Below are positions 10,157-18,324 of a stretch of DNA of 64,000 nucleotides, one piece after another. The stretch is from Candidatus Woesearchaeota archaeon. Its GTDB lineage: Archaea > Nanobdellota > Nanobdellia > Pacearchaeales > GW2011-AR1. Location of the stretch: the NCBI GenBank assembly GCA_964581415.1, contig CAZOOJ010000001.1:36096-100095 (forward strand), in the 5' to 3' direction. The position numbers and the translations under genes were made by a program. Numbering within the stretch: the first letter of the stretch is position 1; each line of letters opens with the position of its first letter. The notes under the pieces are model-generated. The model had not been told where the DNA came from. It saw nothing but the letters and a program-made list of their open reading frames with translations, and did not search any database.

Positions 10157-10284
10157 AAGAAATTGAAGAATTTCTAATATTAAAAGTTACTGATTCTAAT
10201 TTTTAAAAAAGACAAATTAACTTTAAAATATTCAGATACGAACAAGAACCTAACATTTATTAATTAATAATCTCTTTATTTTTA

Positions 10285-10833
10285 ATGAAAGAGATGGATA
10301 ATATTCTAAGAATTTTTATAGAAACAAGAACAGCTATTGAAAATGATGAAGTTATAAAATTAAAAGATTTAAGTAATCAAACAATACATACAGCATCAAT
10401 AAGTCAAGATGCAGATAATATAGCTGTTGCAGTCATTGTTTATTCTTTAAGTAAGATAATAGAAAGAGAATATTTTAATAAGAAAAGAAAAGAAGAAATT
10501 ATTCTTCTGATTAATAATTTGATTTCTTCTATTGAAAGAAAAGATAAGAATAAAATTAAAAATAATTTAATTCAATTAAGAAATAGCTTAGAGAAATTTT
10601 CTGGAAAAATAAAAGATTATATTCGAGATGTTTTTATAAAATCAAGTATAAACAAAGCTTCTAAAATTTATGAGCATGGAATATCTATGGAAAAAACAGC
10701 AAGCCTTCTTGGAATAACTATGTTTGATTTAGCTGGTTATGCTGGACAAAAATCTTCAATTTCTGAAATTCCAGAGAATAAAACAATAAATGTTAAATCA
10801 AGAATTAAATTAGCCATGGAAATGTTTGAATGA
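10285..10833 (+). CDS. Hypothetical protein with C-terminal HTH-like segment
   Basis: 182-aa ORF; HGISMEKTASLLGITMFDL resembles UPF0175-type HTH. Confidence 0.7.
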   Translation: MKEMDNILRIFIETRTAIENDEVIKLKDLSNQTIHTASISQDADNIAVAVIVYSLSKIIEREYFNKKRKEEIILLINNLISSIERKDKNKIKNNLIQLRNSLEKFSGKIKDYIRDVFIKSSINKASKIYEHGISMEKTASLLGITMFDLAGYAGQKSSISEIPENKTINVKSRIKLAMEMFE

Positions 10834-10851
10834 AATGGAGAAGACAATAAA

Positions 10852-11535
10852 ATGAATAAAATAGTAATTTTTGATGCAAGCACTTTAATTAGTTTTTCAA
10901 TGAATGGAATGTTAGATATTATTAAAGATTTAAAAAAGAATTTTAATGGTAAATTTATAATAACAAAAGATGTGAAAAGAGAAGTTATTGATAAGCCAAT
11001 TGAAATAAAAAAATTTGAATTAGAAGCATTAAAAATCAAACAACTTTTAAATGAAAAGATTCTTGAAATGTCTTGTTCTCTAGGAATTAAAGAAGATGAA
11101 ATTTCTAAAAAAACTAAAGAAATAATAGAAAGAGCAAGAAATATTTTTATAGCAGATAAAAAAATAAATCTGATTGATTCTGGAGAATCTTCATGTCTCG
11201 CATTATCTGTTATTTTAAATAAAAAAGGAATAAAAAATATTATTTGTATTGATGAGAGAACCACAAGAATCTTATGTGAAAAACCAGAAAATCTCAAAAA
11301 ACTTATGGAGAAAAGATTACATGCAAAATTAAAATATATTAAAAAAGATTTTAAATTTTTCAATCAATTTAAAATTATTCGTTCTGTTGAATTAGTATAT
11401 GTCGCATATAAAAAGAACTTAATAAAGATAGGAAATGGAAAACTTTTAGATGCTTTGCTTTATGCTTTAAAATTTAAAGGATGTGCAATTTCAGGAGAAG
11501 AAATTGAAGAAATGAAAAGAATAGGCAAAGATTAA
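10852..11535 (+). CDS. PIN-like domain protein
   Basis: VIFDASTLI, VKREVI, IDSGESSCLAL, IDERTTR. Confidence 0.75.
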   Translation: MNKIVIFDASTLISFSMNGMLDIIKDLKKNFNGKFIITKDVKREVIDKPIEIKKFELEALKIKQLLNEKILEMSCSLGIKEDEISKKTKEIIERARNIFIADKKINLIDSGESSCLALSVILNKKGIKNIICIDERTTRILCEKPENLKKLMEKRLHAKLKYIKKDFKFFNQFKIIRSVELVYVAYKKNLIKIGNGKLLDALLYALKFKGCAISGEEIEEMKRIGKD

Positions 11536-11568
11536 AGCTTTAAAAATCAAGAAATTCTAATAAAATTA

Positions 11569-11639
11569 GGGTGCGTCGCTTAATGGTAAAGTGGTCGGCT
11601 CCAGCCCGACAGCTGGGGGTTCAATTCCCTCCGCGCCCA
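11569..11639 (+). tRNA. tRNA-Trp(CCA), intron-less
   Basis: Acceptor GGGTGCG/CGCGCCC, anticodon arm GTCGG-CTCCAGC-CCGAC, T loop TTCAATT. Confidence 0.93.
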
Positions 11640-11649
11640 TATTTTTAAA

Positions 11650-11829
11650 ATGAGACTTAATAATCTAGTTGATAAAATTGAATCTGTTTATAATTCTATA
11701 CTTACTGAAAAATTAGAAATTTATGAAATAATGAATTCAACACCAGGAATGTATAAATTAGAAATAACTAAAACAGCTATTAATCTTGTCAAAAAGATAT
11801 CTTTCCCATATCTTAATAAAAACAAATAA
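11650..11829 (+). CDS. Small hypothetical protein (59 aa, not in ORF track)
   Basis: Open frame MRLNNLVDKIES...PYLNKNK directly after tRNA-Trp. Confidence 0.35.
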   Translation: MRLNNLVDKIESVYNSILTEKLEIYEIMNSTPGMYKLEITKTAINLVKKISFPYLNKNK

Positions 11830-11888
11830 AAATCTAATTATAATTACCGAAGAATTTAAAAAGAAAAAGTTATTTTTTTATTATCAAA

Positions 11889-12230
11889 ATGGAAAATGAA
11901 GAAAACAAAATAAAAATTGAAGTAGAAGACTATGATTTTGAAGAAAAAGTAATAGAGAAAAGCAAAGAGATACCTGTTATTGTTGATTTTTGGGCTGAAT
12001 GGTGCATGCCTTGTTTGATATTAGGGCCTATTTTAGAAAAAATTATAAGTGAGAATAAAGGAAAATTTATTTTAGCTAAATTAAATGTTGATAGAGCTCC
12101 TGTAATAAGTCAAAAATATCAAATAACAAGCATTCCTTCAGTTAAAATCTTCAAGAATGGAGAGATCGTTGATGAGTTTATTGGCGCTTTACCAGAATCT
12201 TCTGTAAGAGAATATCTTAATAAAATTTAA
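11889..12230 (+). CDS. trxA: Thioredoxin
   Basis: VDFWAEWCMPC, SIPSV, FIGALP. Confidence 0.93.
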   Translation: MENEENKIKIEVEDYDFEEKVIEKSKEIPVIVDFWAEWCMPCLILGPILEKIISENKGKFILAKLNVDRAPVISQKYQITSIPSVKIFKNGEIVDEFIGALPESSVREYLNKI

Positions 12231-12242
12231 AGAACTAATCAG

Positions 12243-12815
12243 ATGTTTAATATAAGCAAGAATAGGTGTATAGGTTGTGGGCTTTGTAGAAATATATGTC
12301 CAGAGCAAATAATATTAGATATAAAAAAAGGAATTTCAGTAATAAAAAAACAAGATGAAGAATGTTTAAAAAAGGCTGTAAAGATCTGTCCTCAAAAAGC
12401 AATAAAAGAAATCAAACAAGACTTGCTTTTTGCTATAGGAACAGATGACAAGGAAAAGATAAAATCTGATGATCATATAGGAGAATCAAAATATTTTCAA
12501 ATATGGAAATTTTCAGCTAAGACTGGAAAATTATCTTTTATTGTTACAAGAGAAAATTCAAAGTATAGAGAAAACGAGAATAGAATTCATGGAGATCCTA
12601 ATAAAGCCGAAGCCACATCCTCTGTTATAGAAGATATAGATGTCTTAGTAGGGAAAATATTTGGACCAAATATTCTTAGAATAAAAAATAAATTTGTTTG
12701 TGCTGTGATTAGAGAACCAAAAATTAAAAAAGCAATAGAGATAATTAAAGGTAATATTAATGAAATAATAGAAGAACAGGAGAAAGAAGAAAAAAAAGGT
12801 ATAATATTGCAATAA
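12243..12815 (+). CDS. Ferredoxin fused to NifB/NifX (FeMo-co binding-like) domain
   Basis: CIGCGLCRNICP..CP; then HIGESKYF, REN, HGD..KA, DVLVGKIFGPN. Confidence 0.8.
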   Translation: MFNISKNRCIGCGLCRNICPEQIILDIKKGISVIKKQDEECLKKAVKICPQKAIKEIKQDLLFAIGTDDKEKIKSDDHIGESKYFQIWKFSAKTGKLSFIVTRENSKYRENENRIHGDPNKAEATSSVIEDIDVLVGKIFGPNILRIKNKFVCAVIREPKIKKAIEIIKGNINEIIEEQEKEEKKGIILQ

Positions 12816-12844
12816 TAAAAATTAATAAATTTAATTTTATAAAA

Positions 12845-13180
12845 ATGGCTAAGGTTGTTAAAAGCAAATGTTTAGGATGTGGAATCTGTTCAAATATTTG
12901 TCCAGAAGGAATAGAAGTAGTAAATGGAAAAGCGAGAATAAAAGATGAAAATGCAGATTGTTTAAAAGATGCTGCAAATGCTTGTCCTCAGGAAGCTATT
13001 TTATTAAACGAAAAAGAAACTGAAAAAGAAGATACAGAATTTAATCAGAATAATAATGAAAATAATTGGAAACCAGGAATTGGTCAAGGAAGAGGATTAG
13101 GTGCAGGCAGAGGAAGAGGTCTTGGTATAGGCCCAAGAAATGGAAGGGGAAGAGGAATGGGTAGAGGAAGAAGGAGATAG
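12845..13180 (+). CDS. Ferredoxin with Gly/Arg-rich tail
   Basis: CLGCGICSNICP...ACPQEAI; C-terminal GRG repeats. Confidence 0.85.
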   Translation: MAKVVKSKCLGCGICSNICPEGIEVVNGKARIKDENADCLKDAANACPQEAILLNEKETEKEDTEFNQNNNENNWKPGIGQGRGLGAGRGRGLGIGPRNGRGRGMGRGRRR

Positions 13181-13336
13181 TAAAAAAGTTGTAGAGATTT
13201 TATTAATTTTTTCTTAAAAATAACTATTAATATTTTAAATAATAAAAAAATCTACTTTTGATTAATATATTTAAAGTAAAATTAATTTATTATAAAATAA
13301 AAAAATAAGGATAATTTAAGAATATAAAAGAATAAA

Positions 13337-13522
13337 ATGCCCTGTAAATGGTTTAAAGTTTGCCCTCTGAGAAAATTAGAAAAACAAGGAAGAATTAGTA
13401 TGAAATGGAGAAAAGAGTATTGTTTATCAGATAAAAATTATAAGAACTGTAAAAGATTTCAGCTTGAAAAAAAAGGTATAAAACGTCCTGATAATATGCT
13501 GCCTAATGGTGAAAGAATCTGA
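13337..13522 (+). CDS. Small four-Cys protein
   Basis: CKWFKVCP..YC..CKRFQ..PDNMLPNG pattern. Confidence 0.75.
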   Translation: MPCKWFKVCPLRKLEKQGRISMKWRKEYCLSDKNYKNCKRFQLEKKGIKRPDNMLPNGERI

Positions 13523-13560
13523 ACAGATAATTTATTCTAATCAAAAGATTTAAATAGTCG

Positions 13561-13603
13561 TATGAATTATTTTTCATATGTAAGAAATTTCATATGAAAT
13601 TTC
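13561..13603 (+). promoter_or_regulatory. ArsR/SmtB-type operator downstream of TATA box
   Basis: TATGAA-N6-TTCATA (13561-13578) plus perfect 20-bp palindrome GAAATTTCATATGAAATTTC (13584-13603); TTTAAATA just upstream. Confidence 0.7.
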
Positions 13604-13639
13604 CAGTATTTCAAAAAATTAAAAGAAAAATTTTTCAAA

Positions 13640-13984
13640 ATGAAAGAAAATTCATTTAATCCTTATATAAATCACAGAACATATCATCTCTTTTTTAGTA
13701 ATCTCGCAAATCCTATAAAAATAGGAATAATTCTCAGTTTAAGAAATAGCAATAAAAATGTCACAGAATTATCCAAAGACCTTATGATTGAACAAAGCAA
13801 ACTTTCCCATTCTCTAAGATCTTTAAAAAACTGCAAAATTGTAGAAGTAAATAAAAAAGGAAAAGAAAGAATTTATTCTTTAAATGAAAAAATAATAATT
13901 CCCATGTTAAAACTTATTGAAAGACATGTGCATATTGATTGCAAATGTGAATGTTGTATTATGAAAGGAACTTGTAAAAAGTGA
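13640..13984 (+). CDS. ArsR/SmtB family transcriptional regulator with Cys-rich C-terminus
   Basis: LANPIKIGII, NVTELS..QSKLSHSL..L, GKERIYSL; HVHIDCKCECC. Confidence 0.9.
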   Translation: MKENSFNPYINHRTYHLFFSNLANPIKIGIILSLRNSNKNVTELSKDLMIEQSKLSHSLRSLKNCKIVEVNKKGKERIYSLNEKIIIPMLKLIERHVHIDCKCECCIMKGTCKK

Positions 13985-14376
13985 TAAATCAAAAAGAATT
14001 ATTAAAAGAAGCAGGATATTCAGATAAAGCAATTAAGTATTTTTTGAATAGAGAAGGTGTTGGAACAATTAAAAATGCAGATTCTTCTGCAAGATACAAA
14101 GGTCCTTGTGGAGATATTATGGAATTTTTTCTAAAAATTGAAGAGAATATTATAAAAGATGTAAAATTTCAGGCAATAGGCTGCGCAGGTGCTTATTCTT
14201 CTGGTTCAGCATTGACTAAAATGATAAAAAACAAACCTTTAATAGAAGCAGAGAAGATAACTGAAAGAGATATTTTTAATCATCTTGGAAAAATTCCAGA
14301 TTCTAAAATTCATTGTGCACGATTAGCATTAATTACTTTAAAAAAAGCAATTGAAGATTATGAGAAGAAAAAATGA
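13981..14376 (+). CDS. iscU: Fe-S cluster scaffold, IscU/NifU N-terminal type
   Basis: GPCGDIM, FQAIGCAG, KIHCARL; GTG start overlaps ArsR stop. Confidence 0.9.
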   Translation: MINQKELLKEAGYSDKAIKYFLNREGVGTIKNADSSARYKGPCGDIMEFFLKIEENIIKDVKFQAIGCAGAYSSGSALTKMIKNKPLIEAEKITERDIFNHLGKIPDSKIHCARLALITLKKAIEDYEKKK

Positions 14377-14413
14377 ACAACAAGTTTATAAATAAAATAG
14401 TCTCTTTAATAAT

Positions 14414-14968
14414 ATGTTATGGGTAGTTTGGATATTAGTTGCTGTACTTGCGTTGATTTTAATAATGTTTATTTATTATTTCAATAAATTTATAGTTTTA
14501 AGCAACAGAATAGAGAATTCTCTTTCTCAAATAGATGTTCAGCTTAGGAAAAGAGCTGACCTTGTTCCAAATCTTTTGAATTCTGTTAAAGGTTATGTTA
14601 AACATGAAAAAGCAATGATAACAAAAGTCACAGAAGCGAGAAAAGCATTGCTTGGTGCAAAAGATATTGTTGGAAAAATGAAAGCAGGAAATCAATTACA
14701 ATCAGCATTAAAGAGTATCTTTGCTCTTGCTGAAAATTATCCTCAGTTAAAAGCAAATGAAAATTTCTTGCATTTACAACAGGAATTGTCAGCGATTGAA
14801 GATAAAGTAGCATATTCAAGACAATTTTATAATGATTCGATTTTGGATTACAATAATTCAGTAAAAGTTTTCCCTGGAATTATTTTCGCAGGAATTTTTA
14901 ACAAAAAAGAAAAACCTTACTTAAAAATTCCTGAAGAAAAAAGGGCTGTTCCAAAAGTTGAGTTCTGA
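14414..14968 (+). CDS. lemA: LemA family protein
   Basis: N-terminal TM; QIDVQLRKRADLVPNL, ENYPQLKANENF, SRQFYN. Confidence 0.96.
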   Translation: MLWVVWILVAVLALILIMFIYYFNKFIVLSNRIENSLSQIDVQLRKRADLVPNLLNSVKGYVKHEKAMITKVTEARKALLGAKDIVGKMKAGNQLQSALKSIFALAENYPQLKANENFLHLQQELSAIEDKVAYSRQFYNDSILDYNNSVKVFPGIIFAGIFNKKEKPYLKIPEEKRAVPKVEF

Positions 14969-15488
14969 ATAAGTTAAGAATAGTAAATATTTTTGGTGGA
15001 AAAAAGTTTCTTTATTTTAATCTTTTAATTTTGGTTGTTAATATCTTCAAGCAAACAATTTTTAGAAAGATTCTTAATAACAAAAATTTAACAAAAAATC
15101 AAAAAGTAATTATAAACAAAGCACGAAAGAAAGAATTTGAAAAAGATGAATCGAAAAATTTTCCAAAAGACTATGAGCCAGAAACATTGTGGTTTTTTTG
15201 AAAATAACTATCAATAAAGATTATTCCTATTAAAACAATGATTCCAATAATCAAATAATGTTTTTTTTTTCAGATATAATATCAAATTAATTCATTATTT
15301 AGATTTACCAAATATTCCTAGTAGAGTTAGAGCATAAAGATTACCCATTTATTAAAACTAACATAATCTTCCTCATGTTAATTTTTAATAATTTAATTTT
15401 ATTAAGAACTATGACAAAATTATATCACCCAGGAACAGTTTTTTATTTCATAAAATAACTTTTTATACTCTTTTTTATTAATTAATTT

Positions 15489-16376
15489 ATGGTTAAGCAT
15501 GTTTCATTTTATGAACAAATTTCACAGAATAAAAGAAATTCTTTTTTTCTGATTATTTTTATATTCGCAATTCTCGTTCTTCTAAGTTATGTGATTGGAC
15601 TAATCTATTCTGAATTTTTTTTCTTTATTTTAATAATTGGAATTATAATTTCAATTTCTTATATTTTAATAAGTTATTATAATTCAGATAAAATTGCTCT
15701 TAAATCAGTAAATGCAAAATCCGCATCAGGGCAGGAGTACAGACAAATACATAATATTGTCGAGGGATTATGCCTTGCAAGTGGAATGCCAAAACCGAAA
15801 ATTTATATTATGAAAGGAGAGCAGATAAATGCTTTTGCAACAGGAAGAGATCCCAAACATTCTGTAATTTGCGTGACAGAAGGAGCATTGAAAAAATTAA
15901 ACAAGCAGGAATTGGAAGGAGTTCTCGGGCACGAACTTTCACATATTGCAAATTATGATATAAGATTTATGACTCTTACAGCTGTCTTAGTTGGAATGAT
16001 TGCAATTATCTCCCAAATATTTTTAAGAAGTTTATGGTTTAGTGGAGGAAGAAATAGAGATGGAAAAAGCGGTGCAATTTTAATGATAATAGGAATTCTT
16101 CTTGCAATTCTCGCACCAATTGTTGTTATGCTTGTTCAATTTGCAATTTCAAGAAAAAGAGAATATGCAGCAGACGCGTCTTCTGTAAAATTCACGAGAA
16201 GCCCTACAGGATTAATAAATGCCTTGAAAAAAATAAAAACAGAAAACACGCCGATAAAAGTTTCAGGAGCAGTTTCTCCTCTTTTCATTTCAGACCCTTT
16301 TAGAAAAAAAATGTCTGGTTTAACACAAACACATCCGCCAATTGAAGAAAGGATTAAAGTTTTGGAAAGAATGTAA
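15489..16376 (+). CDS. htpX: Zinc metalloprotease HtpX (M48)
   Basis: NAFATGR, HELSH, SRKREYAAD, THPPIEERI. Confidence 0.95.
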   Translation: MVKHVSFYEQISQNKRNSFFLIIFIFAILVLLSYVIGLIYSEFFFFILIIGIIISISYILISYYNSDKIALKSVNAKSASGQEYRQIHNIVEGLCLASGMPKPKIYIMKGEQINAFATGRDPKHSVICVTEGALKKLNKQELEGVLGHELSHIANYDIRFMTLTAVLVGMIAIISQIFLRSLWFSGGRNRDGKSGAILMIIGILLAILAPIVVMLVQFAISRKREYAADASSVKFTRSPTGLINALKKIKTENTPIKVSGAVSPLFISDPFRKKMSGLTQTHPPIEERIKVLERM

Positions 16377-16428
16377 ATTTGCTGTAAAATATTCGATAAT
16401 TTTAAAACTTCTTTATCTTTCTGTTTTT

Positions 16429-17226
16429 ATGAATATAGAAAAAAAAGTAAATCAGACAATTCAAAAGTATAAACTTTGCAATAAAGAAGAAAGAATTTTA
16501 GTAGCAATTTCAGGAGGAGAAGACTCTGCTGTAATAGCTTATTTATTAAAAAAATTAGGATATAAATTAGAAGCGATTCATATTGATCTAGGACTTGGGA
16601 AATATAGTAAAAATTGTCTGAAATCTGTAAATAAATTATGTGACAAATTGCAGATAAAACTTCATGTCTATTCTGTAAAAAAAGAAATTGGAAAAACTCT
16701 GTTGGAAATTTTTAAAAAAAACAATAAAAAATTGAATAATTGCTATTTATGCGGAATAATAAAAAAATGGATTTTAAATAAAAAAGCAAGAGAATTAAAA
16801 GCAAATAAGATAGCAACAGGACATAATTTTAATGATGAAATAGAAACTTTTCTTATGAATATTTTAAAAGGAAGTCCTGCTCTAAATTCAAATTTTAATC
16901 CAATTTTAAAAATAAAAACTAAAAAATTCATAATTAGAATAAAACCTTTATTTTTTGTTAAGAAAAAAGATATTGGAAGTTATTCTCAGAAATTTAATCT
17001 TCCAATTTATAGAAAAATTTGCCCTTATCGTAAAGAGACTTACAGAGTTGAGATTAGAAATTTTATTAATAAACTTTCAGATAAAGAAAAGGAAAATTTT
17101 ATGAAAAATTTCTTAAAATTGTCAAAAAAAATAAAAAAAGAAGATAAAAAAATTAATTACTGTAAAATTTGCGGAGAGCCCTCTAGAAAAGATATCTGCA
17201 AGAAATGTGAATTAATAATCAGATGA
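16429..17226 (+). CDS. TtuA/TtcA/Ncs6-family tRNA thiolation PP-loop protein
   Basis: VAISGGEDS, CYLCG, IATGHNFND, RIKPL, CPY, C-terminal CKICG..CKKC. Confidence 0.85.
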   Translation: MNIEKKVNQTIQKYKLCNKEERILVAISGGEDSAVIAYLLKKLGYKLEAIHIDLGLGKYSKNCLKSVNKLCDKLQIKLHVYSVKKEIGKTLLEIFKKNNKKLNNCYLCGIIKKWILNKKARELKANKIATGHNFNDEIETFLMNILKGSPALNSNFNPILKIKTKKFIIRIKPLFFVKKKDIGSYSQKFNLPIYRKICPYRKETYRVEIRNFINKLSDKEKENFMKNFLKLSKKIKKEDKKINYCKICGEPSRKDICKKCELIIR

Positions 17227-17274
17227 TTATTCTATCAGAAGAAGATTTAATAAGTCTAATTACTATTAAATTTT

Positions 17275-17736
17275 ATGGAGAATAAGTCGGAAATTCTTCT
17301 TAAATATATTGGACTACATAAAAGAGAAAAGAGATATCATGAATTATTTCCTTTCTTATTCAATAGATACGTAAATGAAGAGGATTTGAATTCTTTTAGA
17401 GGAAAATTAAGCAGAAAGAATAAAAAATTCGCAACTGAGGTTTATTATAAATTAGAAAACTTAAAGAGTTCTGCTTTAAAAAAAATTTCAGAATTGAATG
17501 GGACTATTTTAAGACATCCAAAGGATATTGATTCTAAATTATTAGTAGATTCTGTTTTTAGTTGCTTAATGAAGAAAAATTTGGAAAAAGAAATTTTAAA
17601 TAATTTTGATATCAGTAAAGAAACATTAAAAGAAAGATATTTAGAAAGAAGAAGTGTTAATCCTAAAATATTTGAAGAAATAGGAAAAAATCAAGTATTC
17701 TATATCTTTCTTTTTGAAAAATTCTTAAATAAATAG
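17275..17736 (+). CDS. Hypothetical protein
   Basis: 153-aa ORF with upstream TATA-like element. Confidence 0.55.
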   Translation: MENKSEILLKYIGLHKREKRYHELFPFLFNRYVNEEDLNSFRGKLSRKNKKFATEVYYKLENLKSSALKKISELNGTILRHPKDIDSKLLVDSVFSCLMKKNLEKEILNNFDISKETLKERYLERRSVNPKIFEEIGKNQVFYIFLFEKFLNK

Positions 17737-17840
17737 TGCTTTTTAACTGTAACTTCTTTTGTGAAGTTAGAAAGATTTAAATAATAAAGGTTTATTAATT
17801 TTATTGTTTATACAATAAACAAAGGAGTTTAACTTTAGAC

Positions 17841-17856
17841 ATACAACATATTGTAC
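17841..17856 (+). promoter_or_regulatory. NrdR box
   Basis: ATACAACATATTGTAC fits the NrdR-box consensus acaCwAtATaTwGtgt; upstream of nrdR-nrdD. Confidence 0.8.
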
Positions 17857-17886
17857 TTTCTTAAAGTTAAAAGAAGTATTCAAAAA

Positions 17887-18324
17887 ATGAACTGTCCATA
17901 CTGTGGAAGCAAAAATTTAAGAGTAACTAATAAAAGAGATTCTCCTGAAGGAATAAGAAGAAGAAGAGAATGCATAAAATGTAAAAAAAGATTTACAACT
18001 TACGAAAAGCCTGTAAAAGAAGAATTATGTATAATAAAAAAAGACAAGAGAAGAGAAAAGTTTAATAGAGAAAAATTAGAAGAAGGTATAAAAAAAGCAT
18101 TTGAAAAGCGTCCAATATCAAAAGAAAAGGTTGAAAAGATGATAAATTTAATTGAAGAACAAATTAGAAGAAGAGGAAGCAGAGAAATAGAAAGCTCAAA
18201 AATTGGTGAGTTAGTAATGAAAAAAATAAAAAAATTAGATAATGTTGCTTATATAAGATTTGCGTCTGTATATAGAGATTTTCAGGATATTAAAGATTTT
18301 AAAAAAGAATTAAGAGGAATGTAA
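17887..18324 (+). CDS. nrdR: Transcriptional repressor NrdR
   Basis: MNCPYC..IRRRRECIKCKKRFTTYE, ATP cone, VAYIRFASVYRDF. Confidence 0.97.
   Translation: MNCPYCGSKNLRVTNKRDSPEGIRRRRECIKCKKRFTTYEKPVKEELCIIKKDKRREKFNREKLEEGIKKAFEKRPISKEKVEKMINLIEEQIRRRGSREIESSKIGELVMKKIKKLDNVAYIRFASVYRDFQDIKDFKKELRGM

Noticed and set aside
10737..11363. 208-aa minus-strand ORF and similar antisense ORFs (e.g. 1097-1399, 40139-40504, 50758-51087)
   Set aside because: Shadow frames of well-supported genes; F/S/I/L-rich composition typical of antisense to AT-rich coding DNA.
13075..13180. DNA tandem repeat GGAAGAGG
   Set aside because: Reflects the Gly-Arg-Gly protein tail of the ferredoxin, not an independent repeat.
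13337..13522. Uracil-DNA glycosylase label sometimes given to similar small proteins
   Set aside because: At 61 aa with no UDG catalytic motifs, the function is not supportable from sequence.
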